A stretch of DNA of 64,000 nt from an uncultured Gemmatimonadaceae bacterium (GCA_963740355.1 CAVUDW010000002.1:1216001-1280000); one strand, 5' to 3'; shown: positions 21,640-31,455, numbered from the stretch's first letter. The notes: generated by a model from the letters alone, not told the origin. Numbers and translations are program-made.

Positions 21640-22377
21640 ATGCAGCTGATTCACGCCGCGAATACGCACGTGGGGATGGTCCGGACCGGGAACGAAGACG
21701 CCTATCTCGCCGAAGCGACCCCGGACCGCGGCATCTACATCGTGGCGGACGGAATGGGCGGGCATGCCGCCGGTGAAGTCGCGAGCGCAATGGCCGTCGA
21801 CATCATGAGCGAGGCCATGCGGAAGTCACGCCTGCCCTTGGTCGAACTGAAGGCCGTCGCAACCGAGGCCGTGCTCGACGCCAATCGGAAGATCTTCAAT
21901 CGCACCATCGAAGAGCCCGACAAGCACGGCATGGGAACGACGCTCACCACGATGATCGTCGGCGAAGGTCGCTACATGATTGCACACGTCGGCGACAGTC
22001 GTGTCTATCGCCTGCGCGGTGGTGAGCTTGAGCAGATCACGGTCGATCATTCGTATGTGCAGGAGCAGGTGGACGCCGGGTACCTCACGCCGGAACAGGC
22101 GCGATACCATCCGTTCAGCAACGTGATCACGCGTTGCGTCGGTGTCGCCACCGATGTCGAGCCGACGATCTACGAAGGTGAACTCGAGGACGGCGACCTG
22201 TACCTGCTGGCCACTGACGGGCTCACCGGCATGGTCGAGGACAAGGGGCTGCTGAAGATTCTCACGGCACGCAAGTCGCCCGGCCCGATGGTCGACGCGT
22301 TGCTCTGGGATGCCAATCGCGCGGGTGGCGTGGATAACATCACCGCCGTCGTCGTGCAGATCGCCACGGCGCGCTGA
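21640..22377 (+). CDS. PP2C-family Ser/Thr phosphatase (Stp1/PrpC-like)
   Basis: RTGNEDA, VADGMGGH, GMGTT, HVGDSR, LATDGL and GGVDNIT motifs. Confidence 0.95.
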   Translation: MQLIHAANTHVGMVRTGNEDAYLAEATPDRGIYIVADGMGGHAAGEVASAMAVDIMSEAMRKSRLPLVELKAVATEAVLDANRKIFNRTIEEPDKHGMGTTLTTMIVGEGRYMIAHVGDSRVYRLRGGELEQITVDHSYVQEQVDAGYLTPEQARYHPFSNVITRCVGVATDVEPTIYEGELEDGDLYLLATDGLTGMVEDKGLLKILTARKSPGPMVDALLWDANRAGGVDNITAVVVQIATAR

Positions 22378-22381
22378 AGTG

Positions 22382-22600
22382 ATGGCAGGGCCGGAGACGC
22401 AGGACGACGGCGCAGCAGAAGTGCCCGCCAACGTTGGGCAGTTGGCCGAGCTCTATCTTGGCAACATTCTCTACGCCCTCGAGTGCACGGCACTTGGGCT
22501 GGAAGACGAGTCGAAGCCGGAAGATGCCGCGTTTTACCGTGGCATCGGACGCGCACTGGCCGATGCGCACGGTCGCCAGAAGACTTCGCCAACGTCCTGA
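22382..22600 (+). CDS. Small hypothetical protein (72 aa)
   Basis: Starts 4 nt after the PP2C stop; helical, protein-like composition; fills the gap to the convergent gene. Confidence 0.6.
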   Translation: MAGPETQDDGAAEVPANVGQLAELYLGNILYALECTALGLEDESKPEDAAFYRGIGRALADAHGRQKTSPTS

Positions 22601-22616
22601 CTGACGTCGAGGCAGC

Positions 22617-23231
22617 CTACCGCGAGCCTTTCCGCGTGCTGGTGTTCCGGTCGCTCGAATCGCGTGTGGTGTCTGCTTTTGGCGCCGTGCGACCGTCGGC
22701 CGGTGAATCGACCACCGTGCCGCCACGCCGGCTGGAATCGCCGCGCTGCATCGCTTCGCTCACGGAATCCTTCGTCTTGCGACGCGCCCGCTTTTCCGCG
22801 ATGCCCACGTACGCCGCCTGATCCTGCATCTCTTCGCGCCCGACGTATATGCCGTCGGTGAAGCGGTAGCCCTGGTCCCAGGGATAGGTGGAGCCGCGGA
22901 TGATGTATTCGCCGCTCCAGTTGCGGTACCAGCCCGTGAGCACGAATCGCCCCGGCAACGGCTTGATCTCAGCCGGACAGGTGGCGTCATCCACGATCAT
23001 CGCACGTTCTGCGGCAACCAGCGAATCGCGCCACGCGGGCACGCCGTCCATGAACGGGTTGATCGAGCAACCATCGATCGGCAGTGTATCCCGCGACACG
23101 GTACGCGCGCGGACCAGCTCGCGCAGATACCCGACACGTTCTTCCGCCGTCGCCTTGAACGCGCGGTCGCAACCAGCCACTCCTGCGAACAACGCAACCA
23201 GGGCGACGACTCGAACGGCGGCAGCGGGCAT
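22617..23231 (-). CDS. Hypothetical lipoprotein
   Basis: Hydrophobic leader ending in a VAGC lipobox; follows the HD gene on the same strand. Confidence 0.7.
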   Translation of the reverse strand: MPAAAVRVVALVALFAGVAGCDRAFKATAEERVGYLRELVRARTVSRDTLPIDGCSINPFMDGVPAWRDSLVAAERAMIVDDATCPAEIKPLPGRFVLTGWYRNWSGEYIIRGSTYPWDQGYRFTDGIYVGREEMQDQAAYVGIAEKRARRKTKDSVSEAMQRGDSSRRGGTVVDSPADGRTAPKADTTRDSSDRNTSTRKGSR

Positions 23232-23270
23232 GGATGCTGGAAGCGGGAGAGGTCGAAACATCACTCGAGA

Positions 23271-24539
23271 TCAGGGCAGCAGTGGTCGCCCGTCCGCCAG
23301 CGCTGCACGAATTGTCGCGGCGTCAGACGTGACGAGCGTCCACAACTGATCAACGTTCACCGGCACACGTCGCGCAGCAAACACACGAAGCCAACGCGCT
23401 GAGTGATACAACTGTTGGCTCAATGCTGGCAAGTTCAACGCGCCAGCCAACCCCGCGCTGGTGAGATGTTCCACGGTGCCGTTGCGGCGCAGCACCGGAA
23501 GGTCTACACCGAGCATCTGCGTCTTGATCGGATAGTCGAGCAGGACCTCACCGGGCGCGAGGCCGAGTTCGATCGCGAGCCGGTCCTCCACCGCGATGGA
23601 GAGTGCACGATCCGATGCGATCCATTCCCCCGCCTCTTCACCCAACTCAGCCGCGGACCACTGCGCGAGGCGCTTGTACAGTCGACGCTCGCGCAGTGCC
23701 ATCAGCAGCGGCGGCGCGACCGGCAGCAGAGCGTGCAGCAGCCCTTCGTCAGTCCAGTCCGCAAGCCCGTCGAGACGGAGCTTACCCGACAGCAGTGCAT
23801 CGTCCACCAAGCGCTTGTACATCGCCGTGGCGCTGCGTACCGCGTGATGCCAGTAGATGTTGCGATACATCTGGTATTTCGCGAACAACAACGATTCGAG
23901 CGCGCTCAGCCCTTTCTCCATGATGCCGACTCCCGGGCGACCACCATCGGGATCAGACACGATCACGACGCTGTCCAGCAGCCGGTCGACATCCACCTCG
24001 CCGTACGGCACGCCGCACATCATCGCGTCGCGCTTGAGGTAGTCGATCTTGTCGAGATCGATCGAGCCGGAGACGAGGCCCTGCAGCGGGCCGATGTCGG
24101 TGCCGTGCATCATGGCCAGCACGCGCGCTGGTGCATCAGGGCCCAGTGCGGCCGTCAACGCGTCCGCCACAGCGCCAGTGGTGATGCGCGGTGCTGCCGC
24201 ACTCTCGTGGTTCAGCGCGCCGATCTCTTCCAGCGCGTGGCTGAATGGATAGTGCCCCACATCGTGCAACAGCATTGCCGCGGCCGTCAGGTCGCGCTCG
24301 ATGGGATCGACGTTGGCCAACTCGCCACGTTCCTCGAGCAGCGTGATGGTGCGTCGTGCCATGTGATGCGCGCCGAGGGCATGCTCGAAGCGTGAGTGTG
24401 TGGCACCGGGGTACACCAGAAATGCGTAACCAAGCTGGCGCACGTACCGTAGCCGCTGCATGGCCGGTGTATCGACCAGGGTCAGCGCCAGTGGATCGAG
24501 GCGGATGTTGTTCCAGAGTGGATCGCGAATGACTTTCAC
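23271..24539 (-). CDS. HD-domain phosphohydrolase (SAMHD1/dNTPase-like)
   Basis: IRDPLW, QRLRYVRQLG, YPGATHSRFEHALG, LLHDVGHYPFSH, DLDKIDYLKRD, MYRNIYWH. Confidence 0.93.
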   Translation of the reverse strand: MKVIRDPLWNNIRLDPLALTLVDTPAMQRLRYVRQLGYAFLVYPGATHSRFEHALGAHHMARRTITLLEERGELANVDPIERDLTAAAMLLHDVGHYPFSHALEEIGALNHESAAAPRITTGAVADALTAALGPDAPARVLAMMHGTDIGPLQGLVSGSIDLDKIDYLKRDAMMCGVPYGEVDVDRLLDSVVIVSDPDGGRPGVGIMEKGLSALESLLFAKYQMYRNIYWHHAVRSATAMYKRLVDDALLSGKLRLDGLADWTDEGLLHALLPVAPPLLMALRERRLYKRLAQWSAAELGEEAGEWIASDRALSIAVEDRLAIELGLAPGEVLLDYPIKTQMLGVDLPVLRRNGTVEHLTSAGLAGALNLPALSQQLYHSARWLRVFAARRVPVNVDQLWTLVTSDAATIRAALADGRPLLP

Positions 24540-24583
24540 GTGCGTGACTCTGAGTGACGCTGTGGAACTGCAGGGACTGCAGG

Positions 24584-24623
24584 AAAAGACGACGAGGGCG
24601 CCCACAGGTGAGCGCCCTCGTCG
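24584..24623 (-). terminator. Intrinsic terminator after pckA
   Basis: 12-bp stem CGACGAGGGCGC/GCGCCCTCGTCG followed by TCTTTT on the minus strand. Confidence 0.8.
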
Positions 24624-24657
24624 AAGTTACCGGAAACCGTTCCGGAGTTGCGAAGGA

Positions 24658-26268
24658 TCAACCAGTCGGACCGGCGTTCGCGATCAGCGCCGAGACCTGC
24701 GTGCCGAACTTTGCAAAGTTCTCGCGGAACATCGCGGCCAACTTGCGGGCCTGCACATCATATGACTCACCGTCCGGCCAGGTGCCGCGGGCGTTGAGCA
24801 CGGTCGCGGGGACATCCGGCACGGCATTCGGCACGGCCAGCCCGAAGATCGGGTCGGTCGTCGTCGCAGCGTCATCCAACGCGCCGGCAAGGGCGGCTCG
24901 CACCATCGAACGCGTGTGCGACAGCTTCATGCGCTTGCCCGTGCCGTAGGCGCCGCCGCTCCAGCCGGTATTCACCAGCCAGACCTTCGCGTCGTGCTGC
25001 CGCAGCAATTCGCCCAGCATCTCGGCGTACTTGGTGGGGTGCCAGACCATGAACACGGCACCGAAGCAGGCGCTGAAGGTGGCCTGCGGTTCATTCACGC
25101 CCGTCTCCGTGCCGGCAACCTTCGCCGTGTAGCCGGAGAGGAAGTAGTACATGGCCTGTTCCGGCGTGAGCCGCGAAATCGGCGGCAGCACACCGAAGGC
25201 ATCGGCCGTGAGGAAGATCACGTGTTTCGGATGCCCACCGCGGCCGCTCGGCACATGATTCTTGATGTAGTGCAGCGGGTACGAGGCGCGGGTGTTCTCG
25301 GTGATGCTCTGGTCGTCGAAGCGTACGCGACGCTGTTCGTCCAGCACCACGTTCTCGAGCACGGTGCCGAACATCTGCGTGGTCGCATAGATGTCTGGCT
25401 CCTGCTCGGGGCTGAGGTTGATCGCCTTGGCGTAACAGCCCCCCTCGAAGTTGAACACGCCGTCACCAGCCCAGCCATGTTCATCGTCACCGATCAATCC
25501 GCGATCGGGGTCGGCGGACAGTGTCGTCTTGCCGGTGCCCGAGAGACCAAAGAACAACGCGCAGTCATCCTTCGGACCGATGTTGGCGGAGCAGTGCATC
25601 GGCAGCACGCCCTGCGTCGGCATCAGGTAGTTCATGATCGTGAACATCGCCTTCTTCAGCTCGCCGGCGTAGCGCGTGCCGCCGATCAGGATCATGCGCC
25701 GCGCGATGTGCACCACGATGAATGTGCCGCAGCGTGTGCCATGTTTTGCCGGCGACGCCTGGTACTCCGGTGCGTGCAGCACGCTGAAGTTCGGCGCGAA
25801 CTGTGCCAGCTCGTGCAGTTCAGGACGGATGAACATGTTGCGGACGAAATGTGCGTGCCACGCATTGGGCGTGACGTAACGCACACTGAGGCGATGCCCC
25901 GGATGTGCACCGCAATAGAGGTCCTGCACGAACAGCTCATCGAGGCCGTTCAGGTGTTCGCGGACATCGGCGAGGAGCACGTCGAAATGCGCCTCGTCGA
26001 TCGGCATGTTCACCGTGCCCCAGTCGACGTTCGCCTCGGAACTGGGTTCACGAACGACGAACTTGTCCTTGGGCGACCGGCCGGTGTGCGGGCTGGTGAC
26101 GGCGACGAACGGGCCCATGTCGGCAAGCGTGCCTTCATTGCGGCGGCAAGCGGCCTGGACGAGTTCCGGCGCGACGAGGTTCCAGTGCAAGGAGCCGCTG
26201 GGCGCGAGGCCCTGCTCAGCAAGCCCGTGGGCGCTCGAGCGGGTTTGCGGCTCAGTCTGCGTAGCCAT
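24658..26268 (-). CDS. pckA: Phosphoenolpyruvate carboxykinase (ATP)
   Basis: TGRSPKDK, YAGELKK, MHCSAN, GLSGTGKTTLS, LIGDDEHGW, FEGGCYAK. Confidence 0.97.
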   Translation of the reverse strand: MATQTEPQTRSSAHGLAEQGLAPSGSLHWNLVAPELVQAACRRNEGTLADMGPFVAVTSPHTGRSPKDKFVVREPSSEANVDWGTVNMPIDEAHFDVLLADVREHLNGLDELFVQDLYCGAHPGHRLSVRYVTPNAWHAHFVRNMFIRPELHELAQFAPNFSVLHAPEYQASPAKHGTRCGTFIVVHIARRMILIGGTRYAGELKKAMFTIMNYLMPTQGVLPMHCSANIGPKDDCALFFGLSGTGKTTLSADPDRGLIGDDEHGWAGDGVFNFEGGCYAKAINLSPEQEPDIYATTQMFGTVLENVVLDEQRRVRFDDQSITENTRASYPLHYIKNHVPSGRGGHPKHVIFLTADAFGVLPPISRLTPEQAMYYFLSGYTAKVAGTETGVNEPQATFSACFGAVFMVWHPTKYAEMLGELLRQHDAKVWLVNTGWSGGAYGTGKRMKLSHTRSMVRAALAGALDDAATTTDPIFGLAVPNAVPDVPATVLNARGTWPDGESYDVQARKLAAMFRENFAKFGTQVSALIANAGPTG

Positions 26269-26587
26269 ATGGCGGAAGTGGTGTGGGAAGAAACGCCTGA
26301 AACGCCGCCGTCCCGAGGGGTCAGCTAGCGTGTCCTGCGGATCGGACAAAAACTAACGAAAACGCAACAGGCGGGGGGCCGTGCCGCGCGATCCAACGCA
26401 ACCAGTACCGCCGTCGTGCGCGGGAGTGTCGGCGTCCGACTTGCGGCGGAGTACTGGTAGTGATATCGTGAAATCAATAACAATGGATGCTGGCGGTTTC
26501 GGTGCGGGCGCAGACGGACTCCCTCCGACCGACTGCCACAGCAACGAAAGCGCACTCCATCGACGTTCCCGCCCCATTTCCGCAACC

Positions 26588-28852
26588 ATGACGCTCCTGA
26601 CACCCCGCCGCCTGACCCGCGCGATCGTCGCGCTGATCTCGATCAGCCTGCTCGGAATGCCCGAGGTTGCGGCCGCTGCCAGCTTTGGCCCGCCGATCCG
26701 TGGCAGCGTCGTCGACAGCAGCGGTGCGCCGATTTCGAACGTGCAAGTTGTCGCCACCGAACTGCAGCGCGTGGTAGTGACGGACGGCGATGGAAAGTTC
26801 GTCTTCGTCGGCGCACCGGTTGGCACAGTGCACCTCTCGTTCGTGGCCGTGGGATACGCGCCGGTGCATGAGGTGGTCATCGTCAGCGCATCGGTCGAGA
26901 TGGTTGCGGTGCGGGTCGTCATGCGGCGCACCGCGCTCCGGCTCGCGGGGGTTCAGATCACCGCCTCGCCGACTGGCACAGACCCGCTCAGTGTGACGCA
27001 GTCCACCATTCAGCTCAGCGGCAAGGACCTGCAGCGGCAACTCGGTGCCAGCGTGGCGCAGACACTCTCCTCGGAGCCCGGTGTGGCGATGCGCTTCAAC
27101 GGACCTATGGCCAACGTGCCGGTCGTGCGCGGGCTCACGGGCGAACGCATCCTCACGCTGCAGGATGGCGAGCGGGTGGCGGACCTCGCATCGGCGGCGC
27201 CTGATCACGCGTTCGTCGCAGATCCGAACAGCGCCGAGCGCATCGAGGTGATTCGTGGCCCGGCATCACTGCTCTACGGTAATTCGGCGATCGGTGGCGT
27301 GGTGAACGTGATCTCAGGCGACATCCCGACGTCGGTACCGTCGCGGATTGGTGGCTACGTCAACGGACAGTCGGAGTCGGTCACGCCTGGTGGCGTGGGG
27401 AGCCTGGGACTCAACATCCCGCTGGGTGAGCACTTTGCGGCCACGATTCGCGGCACCTATCGCGACCAGTCGTCGTACCGCACCGGCGACGGCGGCGGCG
27501 CGCAGCCAAACACCGACGCGCGCTCCTGGAATGGCACAGCTGGATTGGGCTTCGTCGGCAGTGCGATCTCGGCAGGCATCGTGTATCGCCAGAGCGACTT
27601 CAACTACGGTATCCCATTCGCACCCGGTGGCGAGCAGGTTCGCATCGATGGTGTGCGACGCGGGTTGCAGGCGCGTGCCGGCGTGTCGACTGGCCAACAT
27701 GCGTTGAGCTATCTGCGCTTCGAGGGTACGGCGCAGTGGTACTCGCATGACGAGGTGGCGGTCGAGGACGGTTCGATCGGGACCAGCTTCAACCTCAAGG
27801 CGCAAACGGCATCGGTGACGGGAAAGACGCAGTTCGGTCGCGTCAGCGGGTCGATCGGCACACAGGTATTCCTGCGCCAGTATCAGCCTCTTGGCGACGA
27901 GGCGTTCACGCCGGCAGCCAACAACACCAACTTCGCTGGGTATGTGTACCAGGAAGTTCCGCTGGTGACGGGCCGTAGCGAGTCACGGACACCGCGCCTG
28001 CAGGTCGGCGGTCGGTTCGACACGTTCACCCTCGATGCGAAGGCCGGCACCGACCCGCGTTTCAGTGTGGCGCGCTCGCGCACCTTCAGGAATGGCAGCG
28101 GATCGCTTGGCATTTCAGTGCCGTTCGCCGAGCACTTCACCTTCAGTGGCAGCGCCGCGCGTGCATTCCGGGCGCCCACCGTCGAGGAGCTCTACGCAAA
28201 CGGCTTTCACGCCGCCGTCGGCACGTTCGACATCGGCAACGCGTCACTGAAGCCGGAGACGAGCCTTGGCCTCGATGCCGTGCTGCGTGCGCAGAGTCGC
28301 CGCGGTTTCATGCAGTTCTCCACGTATCGCAATGCGATCGACGACTACATCCTGCCACTGTCGCAGGGGCAGGTCGAAGTGGACGGCGACTCGGTGCCGC
28401 TGGTGAACATCGCGCAGCGGAACGCGACACTGATCGGCTTCGAATTCTCCGGAGAGACCGAGATCGCCAATCATTTCGTGCTCGGTGCGTTGGCCGATGC
28501 AGTCCGGGGACGCGGCCCGTCGGGCACCAGCCTGCCATTCATCCCAGCCGCTCGCGTCGGGTTGTCACTGCGCCACGATACCGGCACCCTTGGGTACGGG
28601 GCTGATGTGCGGCATGTGTTCAACCAGACGCGTGTGGCCGCGGACAATGCGCGCGACGTGCCGACCGACTCGTACACGCTGTTCAACCTGAACGCCTCCT
28701 GGAGCATCCCGTCGAAGCGCACCGTGCAGACACTCACGCTGCGAGTCGACAACCTGCTCGACGAGCGGTACGCCGATGCGACCAGCCGGATCAAGGCCTT
28801 CACCGCCAATCCGGGACGCAATGTCTCCGTGGTCTATCGACTCGGCTTCTGA
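26588..28852 (+). CDS. TonB-dependent receptor with N-terminal carboxypeptidase-regulatory-like domain, possibly a metal transporter
   Basis: Signal peptide, plug ERIEVIRGPASLLYG, AFRAPTVEELY, C-terminal PGRNVSVVYRLGF. Confidence 0.93.
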   Translation: MTLLTPRRLTRAIVALISISLLGMPEVAAAASFGPPIRGSVVDSSGAPISNVQVVATELQRVVVTDGDGKFVFVGAPVGTVHLSFVAVGYAPVHEVVIVSASVEMVAVRVVMRRTALRLAGVQITASPTGTDPLSVTQSTIQLSGKDLQRQLGASVAQTLSSEPGVAMRFNGPMANVPVVRGLTGERILTLQDGERVADLASAAPDHAFVADPNSAERIEVIRGPASLLYGNSAIGGVVNVISGDIPTSVPSRIGGYVNGQSESVTPGGVGSLGLNIPLGEHFAATIRGTYRDQSSYRTGDGGGAQPNTDARSWNGTAGLGFVGSAISAGIVYRQSDFNYGIPFAPGGEQVRIDGVRRGLQARAGVSTGQHALSYLRFEGTAQWYSHDEVAVEDGSIGTSFNLKAQTASVTGKTQFGRVSGSIGTQVFLRQYQPLGDEAFTPAANNTNFAGYVYQEVPLVTGRSESRTPRLQVGGRFDTFTLDAKAGTDPRFSVARSRTFRNGSGSLGISVPFAEHFTFSGSAARAFRAPTVEELYANGFHAAVGTFDIGNASLKPETSLGLDAVLRAQSRRGFMQFSTYRNAIDDYILPLSQGQVEVDGDSVPLVNIAQRNATLIGFEFSGETEIANHFVLGALADAVRGRGPSGTSLPFIPAARVGLSLRHDTGTLGYGADVRHVFNQTRVAADNARDVPTDSYTLFNLNASWSIPSKRTVQTLTLRVDNLLDERYADATSRIKAFTANPGRNVSVVYRLGF

Positions 28853-28877
28853 CCGTAGATTCGGCTTCTGAAGGACC

Positions 28878-28906
28878 GGCGGTTGCGTGCGTGGCGCGCA
28901 ACCGCC
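28878..28906. terminator. Hairpin between the convergent receptor and nfo genes
   Basis: GGCGGTTGCGTGC-GTG-GCGCGCAACCGCC; no clear T-tract. Confidence 0.5.
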
Positions 28907-28972
28907 CGTCCGATTCACTCAGGCGCCCGCTGTGCGAGGGCTGGTCCTGTTCCGTTCGACCGCGCGACTAGC

Positions 28973-30184
28973 TCACGCCGAGCGCATTGCCAGCAGCCTG
29001 TTGAGCATCGTGCGGTCCGTGCGGGTGGCGTCATCCAGCTTCGGCGTCTCGAGGATCTTGACGGTATGCGCGAAGCGCGGATCCGTCATGATGCGCTTGA
29101 AGGGCGCATCGCCGAGTGACCCCTCGCCGATCAGCTCGTGCCGATCGCGGTGGCTGTTGAACGGCGTCTTGGAATCGTTCAGGTGCCAGACGCGCAGTCG
29201 ATCGAGGCCGAGGATGCGATCGAACTGCGCCATCACACCGTCGAAGTCCGTCACTATGTCGTAGCCGGCCGAGTAGATGTGGCAGGTGTCGACGCACACC
29301 CCGACGCGGGCACGGAGCCCGGCGGGAAGGCCGGCGATGATGGCGGCCAGTTCCTCGAACGTCGCGCCGAGCGCGGTACCGGTGCCCGCCGTCGTCTCGA
29401 GGCAGAGGATCGTGTCGCCAGGTTCGTCGTGCAGCGCCTGTGCGATCGCGGCCGCATTGCGAGCGATGCCTGCGTCGCGATCATCCATGTAGTTCCCCGG
29501 ATGCGACACCAGGTACTGAATACCGAGCGCGTGGCAGCGCCGCAGTTCCGTGGCAAAACTCTCGATGGAGCGCGCGCGCTGGTCGTCGTCGGGGGAGGCG
29601 AGGTTGATCAGGTAGCTGTCATGTGACACCGTCACCGGCGAGCCCGCCTCGCGCAGTGCCGCGCGGAATGCCGCGGCCTCGGCCGCGTCGATCTCGCGCT
29701 CCTTCCACTGGTTGGGCGTCTTGGTGAAGAGCTGCAGCGCGGTGGCGCCGATCTCCAGCGCCCGCGGCGGGGCTGCGAACGACCCACCCTGCGAGCTGAC
29801 ATGCGTGCCGATCAGCACCCCTGCCGGTGGCTGCGGCAGCGGCGGCAGTACATCCGACACGTCGTCGCGTCGCTTCGGCACCAGCGGGTTCGCCGGCTTC
29901 TTCAGTGCGACTTTCGCGACGGCGGCGTGCTTCGCGGCAGGCTTTGCAACGGACGGCCTGGAAGCAGGGGACTGCTTCGCGGTCGACTTCTTCGCGATCA
30001 CCTTCTTCGTCGTCACTTTCTTCGCGGTCACGTTCTTCGCAGTCACTTTCTTGGCAGTCACTTTCTTGGCAGTCACTTTCTCAGCCATTGCTTTGTTTCC
30101 GCTCTGCTTCGCAGTTGCAGTTCCTCTGCGCCTCTGCGTCTCTGCGATTCGCAGTTTCCCCGACGACTTCTTCTTCGCAGCCAT
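28973..30184 (-). CDS. nfo: Endonuclease IV (AP endonuclease) with a long Lys/Ala-rich N-terminal extension (alternative start at 30088)
   Basis: GTHVS, QLFTKTPNQW, HDSYLINLAS, HPG, LETTAG, DTCH, HLNDSK, DRHELIG, ILETP. Confidence 0.95.
   Translation of the reverse strand: MAAKKKSSGKLRIAETQRRRGTATAKQSGNKAMAEKVTAKKVTAKKVTAKNVTAKKVTTKKVIAKKSTAKQSPASRPSVAKPAAKHAAVAKVALKKPANPLVPKRRDDVSDVLPPLPQPPAGVLIGTHVSSQGGSFAAPPRALEIGATALQLFTKTPNQWKEREIDAAEAAAFRAALREAGSPVTVSHDSYLINLASPDDDQRARSIESFATELRRCHALGIQYLVSHPGNYMDDRDAGIARNAAAIAQALHDEPGDTILCLETTAGTGTALGATFEELAAIIAGLPAGLRARVGVCVDTCHIYSAGYDIVTDFDGVMAQFDRILGLDRLRVWHLNDSKTPFNSHRDRHELIGEGSLGDAPFKRIMTDPRFAHTVKILETPKLDDATRTDRTMLNRLLAMRSA
29975..30079 (-). repeat. 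Seven 15-bp tandem units encoding KVTAK-like pentapeptides
   Basis: CTT(C/G)GC(A/G)GTCACTTT-like units; protein KVTAKKVTAKKVTAKNVTAKKVTTKKVIAKKSTAK. Confidence 0.9.
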
Positions 30185-30187
30185 CAC

Positions 30188-31441
30188 TCAGCGCCCTCGC
30201 AGCCAGTCCAGTGGGTCGACCGCGGCGCCCTTCGAGCGACGGATCTCGAAGTGCAGGTGCGGCGGCATGTCAGGGTCGGACGTACCAACGGTGCCGATGG
30301 ACTGACCCTTCGTCACCTTCGCGCCCTTCGCCACGTTGGCCGACGCCAGTGAGCCGTACACGGAGTAGTCGCCGGCGCCGTGCTGCACGATGACCGTCAT
30401 GCCATAGGTGCCGATGTTTTCCGACACCACCACTTCGCCGCCGGCGATCGCCTTCACCGGTGTGCCGCGCGCGGTCTGGATGCCGATGCCGTTCCACCGC
30501 AGTGTCGTGTTTTCGGGCGTCACGGTGCGGCCGAAGCGGTAGAGAATCGTGCCATCCACCGGCCAGTCGAGTCGACCGAAGTCGGCGGTGCGGATCGTGC
30601 TCGCCGCCGGCGCTGCGCTGCGAGCCGTGACAGCGGGACGACCGGCGGCAGTCGGCGCGGCGGTGCTGGCCGAAGCGGCGGCGGCTTCCGCACGGCGGCG
30701 CACATCCTCGAGGTTCGCGATCACGCCGCGCAGGCGACCTTCCGAGCGCTCGATTTCCGCGAGCCGGCTTCGCACCACCTGCGTCTGCTGCTGCGCCTGC
30801 GAAATGCTGCGACCACGCTGCGCCTCGAGAGAACGCAAGCGATCCTCTTCCTGCGCCTTCTCCTGCTTGCTGCGCTCGATGTCTTCCTGCAAGCGCACCA
30901 TCTGCCCACGCTGGCGGGCGATCTGGTCGCGCAATCGTTCCACACTCGAGACCAGCGTGCGGTCGCGCAGCGTCAGCGCGTGCAGGATCTTGTACCGCGC
31001 CACGAGGCCACCAAAACTCTCGGCGGAGAGCAGCACTTCGAGATTGTAGAGCGGACCGCGCTTGTACACATCGCGCAGTCGTCGCTGCAGGACCGCCTTC
31101 TTGGTGGTCAGCTCGTCCTCGGCGCTGGCCAAGCTCGAGGTGGCGTCGAGCACCTCGTCCTCGATCCCCTGCAGCTGTGTATCGAGCGACTTCACCACGC
31201 GTGCGGTGGCGTCGGCCTGCAAGGCGATGTTGCGCTTCTCCTCGGACAGGTCATGCACGGTGCCCTGCAGTTCCTGCATGCGCCGCTGCAGCGCCGCGCG
31301 CTCGTTGCGGATGCGATCCAGCTCCGCACGCTGCGCCGCAATGCGCTGCGACGAAGGCACCGATTGCGCACTGGCCGCGAGCGGGATCGACGCCAACAGC
31401 GCCGCCAGCACCACACAGCGCCACGTTGCGAACCGCTCCAT
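30188..31441 (-). CDS. envC: Murein hydrolase activator EnvC family (coiled coil plus degenerate M23 domain)
   Basis: Signal peptide, long coiled coil, LDWPVDG...WNGIGI...HLHFEIR...VDPLDWL; downstream of ftsEX. Confidence 0.88.
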   Translation of the reverse strand: MERFATWRCVVLAALLASIPLAASAQSVPSSQRIAAQRAELDRIRNERAALQRRMQELQGTVHDLSEEKRNIALQADATARVVKSLDTQLQGIEDEVLDATSSLASAEDELTTKKAVLQRRLRDVYKRGPLYNLEVLLSAESFGGLVARYKILHALTLRDRTLVSSVERLRDQIARQRGQMVRLQEDIERSKQEKAQEEDRLRSLEAQRGRSISQAQQQTQVVRSRLAEIERSEGRLRGVIANLEDVRRRAEAAAASASTAAPTAAGRPAVTARSAAPAASTIRTADFGRLDWPVDGTILYRFGRTVTPENTTLRWNGIGIQTARGTPVKAIAGGEVVVSENIGTYGMTVIVQHGAGDYSVYGSLASANVAKGAKVTKGQSIGTVGTSDPDMPPHLHFEIRRSKGAAVDPLDWLRGR

Positions 31442-31455
31442 CACAGGCCCGCAGC

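Noticed and set aside
23271..24539. SAMHD1-like HD protein as an antiphage dNTPase
   Set aside because: Host-like composition and housekeeping context; nothing here points to defence.
28842..28871. 11-bp direct repeat TCGGCTTCTGA at the receptor stop
   Set aside because: Only 8 bp lie between the copies; it could be a local duplication or chance, and no element is associated.
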